A stretch of 64,000 nucleotides of DNA from Mytilus californianus (taxonomy: Eukaryota): positions 558,001 to 622,000 of the forward strand of contig NW_026262670.1 in NCBI RefSeq assembly GCF_021869535.1, read 5' to 3'. Positions 27,760 through 39,800 of the stretch are shown piece after piece (within the stretch, counting starts at the first letter, position 1; every line of letters begins with the position of its first letter). The position numbers and the translations under genes were made by a program. The notes under the pieces were generated by a model, which saw nothing but the letters and a program-made list of their open reading frames with translations, was not told the DNA's origin and searched no databases.

Positions 27760-28143
27760 TTAATATTTAGATGTGGAAATATAAAATTATGCAACGCACG
27801 CGACGAAGCTCATTTGACTTAAAAGATTTTTGAAATTTCGTAAACATTGTTTTAAAATGTTATTTAACGGTTATCTACGTGATGTTGAACGGTGATGTAT
27901 CGAAAAATGTTACAATATCAATAATAAATCTCCTAATACCTCTTATATTATTCTTTAGAAAATACATTTAAATACAAATTGACAGTATTAAGAATTTTTA
28001 CTGTATATACGTTCACGGTATTTAAAATAATCCTGTCGTCGAAGAAAGTAAAATGTTTAGGTGACTGGAACTCTTCAGAAATGAGAAACTAAACCTCTGC
28101 AATGTCAAATAAACGTGTGTCTATAATTCATTGTACCTCACAG

Positions 28144-28194
28144 ATGTCATTGCCATTTTGATCAAGGCGCGTGGAACTTATAACCCAAAACGAG
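28144..28194 (+). CDS. Candidate exon (phase 1-1), VIAILIKARGTYNPKR
   Basis: Acceptor TTGTACCTCACAG|, donor GAG|GTCAGT. Only one frame is open. Confidence 0.25.
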
Positions 28195-28770
28195 GTCAGT
28201 TAGAAGATTGGACATCTTCAATGTGAAGTTACAAAAAGTATCTACATAAATCAATTGGTATACTAAATTAAACTTTGACCTTTAATGACTATAGGTATTA
28301 AAATTTTATCTTTTATGATATAGGTAATACACTTTGAATGAATTTATTAGACTGTTGAATTAAAACAATTAAATATTTTCAAAAGGCTAATAAGACTTTT
28401 TATACAGAAGTTCAAAGTTCATTCACCCAAAAAATTATTGTTTTACGTTGCTGTCTCATTTGTGTGCATCAAGGATTTCCCGTTAATTCATAATAGTTAT
28501 CATCTATAATATATTATAGTATAAATACGTAGATTTCTTTGTAAAATAAAAATGCAATATTTACCGATATTTTAACTGATCTTCCTGTATAAATATGTAC
28601 ATGAAAAAGTAGAGAATCTAGAGTAGTTAAAAATGTTGCATCTTGACCGATATTGCATTGTGTTGAAGACCCATTGGTGGCCTTGTGCTGTTTTCTGCTC
28701 TTTGGTCGGGTTGTTGTCTCTTTGACACATTCCCCGATTCCATTCTCAATTTTATTCTATCTCCTAAAAG

Positions 28771-28990
28771 TTTGGTACGCACTAGAGAGGTTCCGAGTAA
28801 AATGATATTTGCCAACGAGATAGAGAAGATGGTGGAAATCGACATTGGGTCATTACTTCAGGCAGAACATTTGCAGAAACTGGACGAAGTATCAACAATG
28901 TTACTGAAATATTTGGCACTATACTATGAAAGAGTTATTGCATTAAAATATACAATAAACCTGCATTATCGGGGGAAATATTTGTACTAG
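28771..28990 (+). CDS. Candidate exon or pseudo-exon, LVRTREVPSKMIFANEIEKMVEIDIGSLLQAEHLQKLDEVSTMLLKYLALYYERVIALKYTINLHYRGKYLY*
   Basis: Acceptor CTATCTCCTAAAAG|, 72 codons of protein-like composition. The upstream part of track ORF 28685 (28655-28755) is a dispersed repeat and not coding. Confidence 0.3.
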
Positions 28991-30579
28991 TATTAAAAAC
29001 AAGAAGATAATGTAAGTACTGGTAACTGTATATTGTGTAACGTTGACGCTGAAGGTCAAGGAACAGAAAGTTGGCAATTTTTGTAAGATTTTGCATTTCA
29101 CTTTGGCATGCTCAACTCTAATTGATAAAAGGAAAAATATTGTACGTAACATTGCTTTCGTATTGCGAGTCGATTTTTTCGGTGAAATTGTCGTTTATGA
29201 GATATGTTTTCCCAAACAAAAAAAATGAAGGCATATGATAATAAATGAAATGTCTTCCAAAACCAGATCATATTTTCTTCCAATGAAAAATAACAAGTGA
29301 GATGTAAAAAACTATGTTCCAGATCACAACCTGCAGGAAACATAACATTACTAAACAATTACTAGTGTATTGAACTATCGCTGATAAATGTGTTTTATAC
29401 CAACTAAAGTTATATCAAGATCATATTTTTATCTAATAACGTTTCGATTTTATTCTTATAAATGGTTATAAAAACTGCAAATATAGATTGTCTAAAATAT
29501 GTAGGTGGAAACATCATGATGAGCACGGGATCATTTGATGCTAAGAAAACTGAGTGAGATCCGAGAAATAAATTCGAATCTAACGGCAATAGTGTGTGTC
29601 TATTAAGGGGGAGAAGAATTGATTTGATAGGAATAAAATGCACGGGAAATGTACAATGTCATAGAAAAAAGGGTATGCCGTTAAGTGACAGACATTTTGC
29701 ATTGCAATCAGTCACCTATAAATGGTACATGTACGTCTCAAAAGGATGCAAGGCAATGCATACGTACACTTCTAGGTGCATAGGATATAAAATCATTGAG
29801 GTTTTATTTATGCTTTCTGGTTTGTTGTATTATTTTCTTGGTTTTTTATAGGGGCAATGCCACCATAAAACGAAAACACAATTCTAAATAGAAAAAAGTT
29901 TAATGAAAAAAAAAACCAATCAATTTAGCTTTATAAAAAAACACAGAAGGACAATGATCTACGAAAATCATAAGTCGAAAAAAAAAACCACAACAGCATG
30001 GCAAAGGTTTACAAAACACTACATAGAAGACTGGGCAACCTGAACCCCAACAAACTTATTGTAACTTTTAATTTATTGATGACTAATATTGGTTAAATGT
30101 GTTTATATATTAAACAATTTAAAGTACATCTTGGAAAACAAATTTAATAAGAGTTAAATTTAAATGCAATATAATTTTACGCTTTTTATCGTTTTAGTTA
30201 TTGTTTGATTTCAGGCATATTTAAAGATATCCGTGATTGTGGGGGTTCCACTATTTATAAAAGGTGGGTGGACATTTTTTTTATTGGATAGAATATTGAT
30301 ATATTTTCATGTTTTCTGTAAAACGCAATTAATATTAAAACAGTGATTATCGGTTTCACATGTAATGACACGAAAAAAACCCGGAGGTGATTAATTGATA
30401 ATGTTTTGGATATAATAGTGTATTATGAGGCCTCACTCTGACTTTGAGATGAAGAACGGCAATACAAGAGCTGCTCTTTTGCTTTGTTTTTTTTTTCCTA
30501 TGCGTGTAGGTATTTTGTGTGATGAATTGAAAAGTAAATCCCTTCTTTTTCCATTGGACGACGGTAAAAACTCACCAAA

Positions 30580-30800
30580 GACACCAGGCTTATAGTTTGG
30601 TACGCCAGGCGCGCGTTTCGTGTACGAGAATCATCTGTGGCGCTGGAATCAAAACAGTGGCAAAGCTAAATCAAATTTTACGACAACTTGTGCCAAATAC
30701 GGCAACTTGTGCCAAATGCGACAATTTGTGCCAAATACGACAACTTGTGCCAAATACGACAACTTGTGCCAATTACGACTAAAGCAATCTAAGTTTTCTG
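30580..30800 (-). mobile_element. Retrozyme/PLE repeat fragment: degenerate hammerhead (30603-30642) plus five 19-bp tandem repeats (30682-30775)
   Basis: Minus strand reads CGCCA CAGATGA TTCTCGTACAC GAAAC GCGC GCC TGGCG. Adjacent unit is GACAACTTGTGCCAAATAC. Confidence 0.65.
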
Positions 30801-31289
30801 AAAATAGTTTTGTGTATACATTTACCTAAATAAAACAAGATTCAAGAATTTCTTGTTTTACCATTATTCATGCGTAAAGTTATAATTATATCCCCTTCTA
30901 TATATCAAAAACCTCCGAGTTAAGAGTAAGATTTGCAATAAGGAAGTTTATGATGTCGCTTAGCATTGGTGTACCAGTACATTTATCAGCCTTTCAAACC
31001 TTTCTTGTGCCAACGTAAACTGGTGGATGGTAAAACCGGAAAGTGATTTATGTTTTGTGTGCCTATTTTTCCTGGTATCTAGTCAACATTTTTTTTCAGA
31101 CTTCTGTCCATTGCTCTAACATTTCCCGGCTAACACCAAAAGTTATGATTGTTTTTATGAATCATTGCCATTTGTCTGATTCATTCTCATCAGACTAAAT
31201 TTTCCATTTAATTAGGTCTTTCCACTTTTCTCTTTTCGTGGAAAGACCTTTTGCTTTTGTTCTGATTATTTTTTTTTCTTCTGCCTGAT

Positions 31290-32165
31290 GTCGTACAGTG
31301 ATGAGGGTTTCCCCATTCTCCCTGTGTAACCGAACACTTATTCATATAGATGTTATCTCCCTGAGTCCCCTTTTTCTTGTTATCTTTATTTCTCTGAAAC
31401 CATAAAAGATATCAACAAACTTGTTTTTCCAAATTGTTCGTCTACTCTTAAGAATGTTTTGAATAAGTTTAACCGATGTGATCCAATGACAAAGTATGGG
31501 AGTTATTTCCCTTAAAAAAATTTAACATAGGTGATATGTTGAATAATTTCATACACCATAAGTCATAGAGACCTAAAGTCTTTTGATATGAAGTCCTTGG
31601 TTCATTTGGAGGAAATCGAGGTCAAGGTCAAAGGTCAAGGTCATGTTCTTAATTTTGAACTTTGCTTGTTTATCTTTATTCCAAAGAAACCGTTACAGTT
31701 AATGATACGATGTGTTTGCCAAATAATAGTTTACAACATGGAGCAACTTCAACGGATTTGATTCGAAGTGTTTTGGTGGTCCTTTAAGGGAGTTTTCTCC
31801 CCTTATATATCTGAAATCAGTAAAACTCCTCACCCATACAAGTGAATGCCCTGGGGTCTTTCGGTATGAGATCACTTACCTATGACCTTGAAATAGAACT
31901 CAAGGTCAAAGGTCAATTTGACGTTTTAGATTTTGACCTTTGCTAAAAATTCATACTGGTTAATTATAAAACTATTATAAAACCATTAGGTCTTTATCAT
32001 TAGGTTGGTAGACATGACCTTCAAAAAGGTCGACCGGAAGTGACATTATTTTAACCGGAACTAGCCATTTTCACAATAATAAATGAAAACGTACTTAGAA
32101 ACATTATATTTTTAGAATCAGTTTGTAGTTACCAATCATATGAACCCGAAGTGACATCTTCTAAC
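31290..32165. mobile_element. Dispersed element rich in AGTTATCTCCCTT and AGGTCA/TGACCT motifs
   Basis: GTTAT(C/T)TCCCT recurs at ~31340, 31500 and 31790. AGGTCA arrays at 31619-31643 and 31883-31915. CCGGAAGTGAC repeats at ~32030-32160. Boundaries approximate. Confidence 0.45.
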
Positions 32166-32555
32166 AACGTTCTTTAATCTAATCCTTTATTATCGAAAGT
32201 TGAGGTGGAAAGACCTTCAATTGTTACTGAACAATTGGTTTTTAATTCATTCTTTTTATTTTCATCATGGAAAAAAAATGAAATTCTTGACACATTTCTT
32301 TTCGTTATTACTTTTTTAATGAAAAAACCAATAAAGCCAACTCCTATCCAAAAGATACATCGATTGTAGACTAATACTGTACCATCAGGGATAAGAAGGA
32401 CCACGAACAAAGACGAGATGTTTTATAAAGTAAATAATTTTATCACTGATTTGGAACGAATTGCTGAGCACTATTAGTATTTTTGTTAACAAATTCTTAA
32501 TTTTTCATATTTTTTTTTTATAATTGTTCAACGCGGCCATCAAACTTTTTTTTCT

Positions 32556-32688
32556 GAGACTACTGAACACATGTGTTATACATGTTAAAGTAGTCTCAGA
32601 TACTACTGAACACATGTGTTATACATGTTAAAGTAGTCTCAGATACTACTGAACACATGTGTTAAACATTTTAAAGTATTCTCAGATT
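32556..32688. repeat. 43-bp tandem repeat, 3 copies
   Basis: Unit TACTACTGAACACATGTGTTATACATGTTAAAGTAGTCTCAGA. Confidence 0.9.
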
Positions 32689-33512
32689 TTTGTTTAAAAA
32701 TGATGTAATGTAGATGAATATTAAATTAACCGAGTAAATTAGATTTTCTTAAACGAAAAAAAAAACCAATTTAAACTCTTATATTTGTATGTAAAATGTT
32801 TAAGACTTGTGTAAGTAAAGTTTATATTATGCAATTTAGAAGTACTTCTTTCAGTAAAATTAAAAACTAAATAAATCAAAATTATATTAAATCTTACATC
32901 TTTCTGATTTTCTGAAAGGTTTATGGTTTATAGATATACTGAATGATGACATTTGTGTTTGCATATTTCGTGTTTTTATTTTTCGTTTCTGATTTCCTAA
33001 TACGAAAAACGATTCGACGTAAATTTACACGGACCTGGACATTTTTCCTTGTGACCTACTGTTTGTTATAAATTTCCTTTATTAATGAATATGACACATA
33101 ATTGACTAATTATCTGTATACAAATAGATAGGAGATATGATTTCAAATGAGACAATTATCCACCAGAGAGCATGGATGAGGATGTAAACACTTATAGGAC
33201 AAGTAGATCATGATGGTTAAGGGACACAACTCTTTTGATGTTTGTGTCAGCCATTTACCACAAACATTCAAAGAGCACATTATTGTATTTTTTACAGTTC
33301 GCAGGAATGCTTTAAAAACCAGTGATGAAACTATGATAAATAATACTACCTGTAGTAAACCACTTATTTATGGGGTTGAATTCAGGGTTACCTCTTTGAA
33401 TTGAGACGAGATGACGATCAGGCGTCCTAACTAGAACATTAGTCAAAGAGAAACCAATTATTCCAGAATTTTTCTGGCGCAGAAATTACTTAAAACAAAC
33501 CTAATGACTGGT

Positions 33513-33582
33513 AGGACGTGTCTTTTTGTAGCTCACATTTTGTGCTGAGGACGTGTCTTTTTGTAGCTCACATTTTGTGCGG
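33513..33582. repeat. 35-bp direct duplication
   Basis: GGACGTGTCTTTTTGTAGCTCACATTTTGTGC occurs twice. Confidence 0.9.
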
Positions 33583-33942
33583 AAACTGTTTTGTTCCTGT
33601 TTTAAAAGGATATATTTTAATCAATAGATAAATAGACAAAAATATAAATCTAATTCTTAAATAAATATTTAGCTCTTTTAGTTGACACCTATGATATACA
33701 ACGGTAAACTTCAAAGCTTTTGATGATATTAAATCAATGGCATTACCCAGGAAAATGAACTATTTTGTTTGAGCATATAAAATCAATAATAGATCTTTTG
33801 GCTATATTCAATCCCGGGTTTTGATGTACAAATATCATAAAATTCAACTAGTTATAAATGCATGCATTAGGTATTATAATACAATCCATAATTTCTTTTT
33901 GTTTCCTGCTGACAAATATACGAATTACTTAAAGTCGTAAGA

Positions 33943-34228
33943 GGGCCATGGTGGCTGAGTGGTATAAGTATTTCAACTACTGTATCATTAATAACATTGC
34001 GAATAGAAACGGGGAATATGTCAAGGAGACGGCCTGTAAAACAGTGAGGTTGTGAGTTTGAACCTCGCACGTGTAATCGACTCCAATTTTAATTGACTAT
34101 GATTGTCAGTTTTCCTACCGAAGGTCGGGTGTTTTCTCCGGACACTGACTTCCTCCACCAATAAAATTTGACAGCCACGAAATAGTCAATAGTACTGAAA
34201 AGGCGTTAAACACCAATCAATCAGTCAA
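33943..34228 (+). mobile_element. tRNA-derived SINE (V-domain-like core)
   Basis: Pol III A box TGGCTGAGTGG, B box GTGAGTTTGAACC, core GGTGTTTTCTCCGGACACTGACTTCCTCCACC, (CAAT)n tail. A foreign fragment interrupts it between the boxes. Confidence 0.7.
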
Positions 34229-36625
34229 GGCGTAAGTGAAAGTATTCCTGATCCTTTCGGATTGTAGAATGAGAGTTCGAGTGTACTTCTTTTTATAAGT
34301 GATATCTTCTTGATAATATATTGTACTTCAACCTCCTTTTATTCAGCCTTTTCACAAGTCATTTACAATAATTTAAGCAGTTGGAATAGCATGTAGCTTA
34401 TAAAAATACAATTTGAATCATTTGATATAAACTACCTTTTGGCAAATCATAAAGATAAATACTTGTTTGTTGCCCCTGATTTTGAAATTGAATATAATGA
34501 CCCCCCTATTTAACTGCATCAAGTATTCCTAAGGATCTACATCCCATTACTGATGAGGATCTGGATGGGGGTCTACATCCCATTACTGATGAGGGTCTGG
34601 ATGGTGGTCATTCATTTCTTTATTCTTTAAATCTTTAGACAATATTTCTCCATTCTGTAACCTTTTATCTATTATTCTCTATTCTCTTTTTTGTCTATAA
34701 TTATTCTCTATTTTTTATCTTATTTGTCCATTATTCTCTATTCTTTATATTTTTCACACCATTATTCTCTATTTATCTTTTTTGTCCATTATTTTCTATT
34801 CTTTATCTTTTTTGTCCATTATTCTCAATTCTTTATATTTTTCACACCATTATTCTCTATTTTTTATTTTTTGTCCATTAATCTCTATTCTTTATCTTTT
34901 TGTCTGTTATTCTCTATTTTGTTTTTTTAGCCATTTATTCTGCACGTTTTGTACGTTATACCCCATCAAGACCCTCACTAATGACAAATGTTTTATTTAA
35001 TCATTTTAATCAGAACAGGAAAAAAATGAAAGCATTGATATTAGAACGTGGGTTACTGTACAAAAACTACATAGTTATAAAAGTGTAGTGTGAATGAAAG
35101 GCAATAATTAAATATTGACTGTTTTAAGTTAGTGTTCATATTTTTAAATAATATATTGTGGGTAGAAAAAAAAAACACAATTGTCTATTTATTTAGAAGG
35201 AAACAGTATGCTACTGTTTAAAGCCTGATAAATTTCAATAAACTTAAATAAACCCCAAAAAATACTTATTAATATAAAAATGTACTTCAGTTAAACATAA
35301 ACAAATATTTTTGATAATGGTTTCTTTATTTTTTATTTCCATAATGAATATAAAAAAGCAATCAAACTTCTCTTACTTATTGTGATTCAAATACAATCAC
35401 ACGCATACACTTATAAATATATTGTTTTGTACTGAAAGAAGAATCCTTGTTTTATAAAGAGAACGATTAGAAAACCACGTTATAGTCGATGTTGGACGGT
35501 GCAGAGTATATATATATGTATATCAATTGATTCAAAACATTAAATTTTGAAATGGTCAAATGCGAGTCCTTACCGAATGTGTACCATATTGTAAAGAAGG
35601 TACGGCTTACCCATCCGGAGAACCTGCTTTCAGTTCCGGTTAGTTTTGTTATGTTCGTGTTGATAACATTTTTAGTTCATGTGTAGTGTTCTTGGTTCTG
35701 ATTTTGTCTTTTTTTCTGTAGCCATTCTATTGTTTGTTTTCCTTTAATTGATGGGTTTTGATTGATACCTAGTTATCTCCCTTTTTTTAATCCAGTATAT
35801 TACATTAATTTTCGTAACGTCATAAAATGTAAGATTTCAACATTCTAATACAAAAGTTAACACCATCGTCCATCTTAAATGAATAGAGCACGAAACAGTT
35901 TTAATTGGAGAAAAGCATATAATTTGTCCGAACTACCTGCAAATGCTGAATACAACACAGCAGACAAAAGACCTATTATTAACTCATTTGCCATCGTTTT
36001 ACCAATTCTTGCAATTGGGTATCAATAGTAAGCCCTGAAGACATATACCCTTGGAAAAAAATCAGCTTAAGGAGTACCAAAGATTTTGTTTAGGGAAATG
36101 CGATATTGTAGATGAATTTATGCATCCGTTTGTTTTCATTCACTGAAAATTTCTCCATGGTCTGTATTCATAAAAACGATCTCGGACTTTTAAGATCAAT
36201 AGCTACAGATCAAAAATATTAAACATAATTCTTATGTAAACATGTTTCTTTTAGAAATGATATGAAATGGTAGACATATGCAAACAAGTTGTCTGACACG
36301 TTACAACACTGATATGAAGGCGGTGTACATCAAAGATATAAGAGATAGCAAATCAATACACAATTTCCAGGTAATAATAAGGTAATGTTGGTATTTGTTA
36401 CAAGTAACTGACAACAGAAAGAAAATGAAGACCTTTTTATGAATTATACAAATGTTTAAATGTCAGCGGTGTCATGTTTACCATGCTGTTTATGAATGCA
36501 GGAGACATTTTCAGTGATGTTATAGGTAACGTGCTTGGCTCCAGTGAAAACTTCAACCTCTAAAGGTCAAACTGAAGACATGAAATGTTTGTTGCAAAAA
36601 TATATTGGATTAAGAACAAACTTAC

Positions 36626-36753
36626 TACTCTGAATTGGAATAAAAGTTTTGGCTGGATGTCTCCATAGGCAGTTAAATGAATCTCATTATAATCTGTTTT
36701 GTCATTTACTGGCGCCATAACAAGGGTCAGATAGAACTCCGAAACAGTGGTAA
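36626..36753 (-). CDS. Candidate exon (phase 1-0), TTVSEFYLTLVMAPVNDKTDYNEIHLTAYGDIQPKLLFQFRV; faint IgGFc-binding-domain resemblance
   Basis: Acceptor CTAAACACCCAG|, donor GTA|GTAAGT. After a 66-nt intron, acceptor GACCTTTAG| at 36559 continues in frame to TAA at 36437. Confidence 0.3.
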
Positions 36754-37832
36754 CTGGGTGTTTAGCAAAGTACTGTTACCACTGTTTCGGAGTTTGGGGA
36801 CATATATCATAGACAAACAACTAAGCAAAAAGAAAAACAATATGGTAGTTGTCCACTCCTCGACTTCATGCAAAGTAACGCTTTGCGATAAATGTGTGGG
36901 ATTTCGTGCTGCTAATACAATGCCATACATTTTTACGGAAGCCAATTAGTGCCATAGGGTAAACAATTATGTCGTTATTACGACAAAGGATATCGTTCTT
37001 CTAACGTTTAAACGGCTTCCTTTGTTGTGATAACGAAATTCTATGTCGAAACAATAACATATAATCATTTTTCACGGTGGCCTTAACCGGCTTCCTTACT
37101 TTGCTTTAATTTCTTTCAACTGAAAGTTACAAAGTATACAGTGCTTTTCGTACCTTCATTACATTAAACTGTTTACAATATGTTGCTACATACAAAATTA
37201 CAGTTGACAAAATGAATTATTTGTTCAATTACAATGTTATTCTCCTTATGCAAATGTTCACTTTAATGATATCTTTTATACTTTGCTCTTCGAGGGCCAG
37301 TGGCAAGAAGTAAATATCTTAAATTGGTATACCAATCATATTTAGTATACAATAATTACTTTGCAGTAAAATCTGTTGTTGCTATTCTAAAACATTATTT
37401 TTATATTTACATTGTATCATAGATCAAATTTATTTGTTCAGTGTATGTTCACTGGTGTTAATATGTCTTTTGATTGAGTTAAGTCATTTCAATTGATATT
37501 TTATAGTGTGTCTTTCTATGTTGTGATGTTACACTATTGTTTCAGATAAGGGTGAAGGTTTGGTACCATTAAAACGTTTAAACCTGCTGCAATTGTTTGC
37601 ACCTGTCCTAAGTCAGCAATCTGATGTTCAGTAGTTGTCGTTTGTTGATGTGGTTCATAAGTGTTTCTCGTTTCTCGTTTTTTATATAGATTAGACCGTT
37701 GGTTTTCCCGTTTGAATGGTTTAACACTAGTCATTGTGGGGGCCCTTTATAGCTTACTGTTCAGTGTGAGCCAAGGCTCCGTGTTGAAGACCGTACTTTG
37801 ACCTATAATGGTTTACTTTTATACATTGTGAC

Positions 37833-38190
37833 TTGGATGGAGAGTTGTCTCATTGGCACTCATACCATATCTTCTTATTTCTATTGGATGGAGAGTTGTC
37901 TCATTGGCACTCATACCATATCTTCTTATATCTATTGGCTGGAGAGTTGTCTCATTGGCACTCATACCATATCTTCTTATATCTATTGGATGGAGAGTTT
38001 TCTAATTGGCACTCATACCATATCTTCTTATATCTATTGGATGGAGAGTTGTCTCATTGGCACTCATACCATATCTTCTTATATCTATTGGATGGAGAGT
38101 TGTCTCATTGGCACTCATACCATATCTTCTTATATCTATTGGATGGAGAGTTGTTTCATTGGCACTCATACCACATCTTCTTATATCTAT
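37833..38190. repeat. 51-bp minisatellite, 7 copies, derived from the end of dispersed repeat family 1
   Basis: Unit TTGGATGGAGAGTTGTCTCATTGGCACTCATACCATATCTTCTTATATCTA, contiguous with a minus-strand family-1 copy at 37620-37880. Confidence 0.95.
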
Positions 38191-38486
38191 TATAAGCAAT
38201 ACAGGCTTTTCGGCTTCATTTTTATATTCATGTCTTACGTCAGTGGTGTACACGAAAGAGTTGGGTAGTCATGGAAAGTTTAGTTCCGGTGTCGGCCACA
38301 AATGAACGTACTCTTGACGATTGATACTTTTTTGTTCTTCCTTTATTCTCAAAAAAGGAAAAAATCAATTAGTACGCTCCTTCCGAAGGTTGGGTTGCGT
38401 AGTTGAAACATCTCGCACAATAACATAAGAAGTTTGCAAGGTTGAACAAAACGTATATTTGAAAAGTGAAGAGTACAACTTTTTAA

Positions 38487-38668
38487 CAGGCCGTTTTAGA
38501 ATCTAAAGGACTATGGGTAATTTAATTGTTGGTACCCCAAAATAAAAATAACGTCACGTCATTGGTTGAATTTCAATTGTTTTGGACGTTTTTAACCAAT
38601 CACGACGCTTTGGTGTACACTTTTGAAAATATTGACCAAAAGGCATTAGATTCTGAAACGGCGAATTG
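38487..38668. mobile_element. ~185-bp MITE, copy 2
   Basis: Colinear with 2603-2787. Right TIR intact, left TIR partly decayed. Confidence 0.75.
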
Positions 38669-38728
38669 CTTGGTTCACGATAAATGCTATCTTTCATGTG
38701 TCAGTCATTTTAATCTATATTTGAGCCA

Positions 38729-39105
38729 AAAGTAAAAATTACAAAAATATTGAACTCCGAGGAAAATTCAAAACGGAAAGTCCGACCCTAATCAAATGGC
38801 AAAATAAAATGATAAAACACATCAAACGAATGGACAACAACTGTCAACTTCCTGACTTGGTACAGGCATTTTCAAATGTACAAAATGGTGGATTGAACCT
38901 GGTTTTATAGCGCCAAACCTCTCACTTGTATGACAGTCGCATCAAATTCCATTATATTTACAACGATGCGTGAACAAAACAGACATAATAGGTAACATTG
39001 TCAAAATATGGGTACAGCAGTCATCACTGTGTCACAATCTCAAAACAAACAAAAATTTAACAAAGAAGCACAAAAAGCATCGATCAAATTTAACAACCAC
39101 ATTCA
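38729..39105 (+). mobile_element. Dispersed element family 3, copy 1
   Basis: Reverse-complement match to ~57430-57771 over more than 300 bp. Confidence 0.8.
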
Positions 39106-39685
39106 TTGCTTACTTATGTATGTATTATAAATCAACCCATAAAGGATTGAAATATTTAGTATAATCTACTTTCATACTAAAGCTTCTGGTGACAAATCCA
39201 CTAAAGGATCAGGAGAAGTTGCTCACGACATGAAATCATATACGAGGACGGGATTGTGGTTACGACAAATAGATCATCAGTTACCATCTGTCACACAGAT
39301 TTATTAGAAATCTTAGTGAAATTACCATATATTATGGAACTTCCATATTTGTCAACTTGTAAAAAATTGAGATGTGCTCTCTATGTTTAATGTGTATTTT
39401 AGCTTTTTTAAGAAAAGTTAAGCATACTCATGCGATTCCGTTTTGGGTTAACTAATGGCAAATCAATAAATCTACATTCACTGTGACTTCGAGATGAAGA
39501 ACAGCAATGAAAGCGCTGGTCCTTTCTTTTTTTTTGTGTATTTTGCTGTGCATGTACTGATTTTGTGTCATGGATGGATACCCCATATCCATTGTTTTTC
39601 TACTATAGTTGTTTTAAAAATTCCTTCTCTGGAGCATATTTCTGTCACAAACAAAATTATAGACGATTGGATATAGCACTCAGTA

Positions 39686-39800
39686 TTCCTACCGAAGGTC
39701 GGTTGTTCTCTCCAGGTACTCCGATTCCTCCACCAATAAAAAACTGATCGCCAAGAAATAGCTTATAGTGCTGAAAGTGGTGTTAAAAACCAACAATTAA
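39686..39800 (+). mobile_element. 3' half of V-domain-like SINE
   Basis: TTCCTACCGAAGGTCGGTTGTTCTCTCCAGGTACTCCGATTCCTCCACCAATAAAA matches 34110-34165. Confidence 0.7.

Noticed and set aside
29462-29851. Selenoprotein interpretation of the single in-frame TGA
   Set aside because: No redox motif or family similarity, and no SECIS recognised; a pseudogene stop or chance is more likely.
33943-34070. tRNA gene
   Set aside because: A and B boxes are present, but there is no cloverleaf and the sequence continues into a SINE body.
34548-34600. CTGATGAG as an additional hammerhead core
   Set aside because: No stem II followed by GAAA downstream; it belongs to the MITE terminus.
37798-38305. Three-frame repetitive ORFs
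   Set aside because: Products of the 51-bp array derived from a dispersed repeat.
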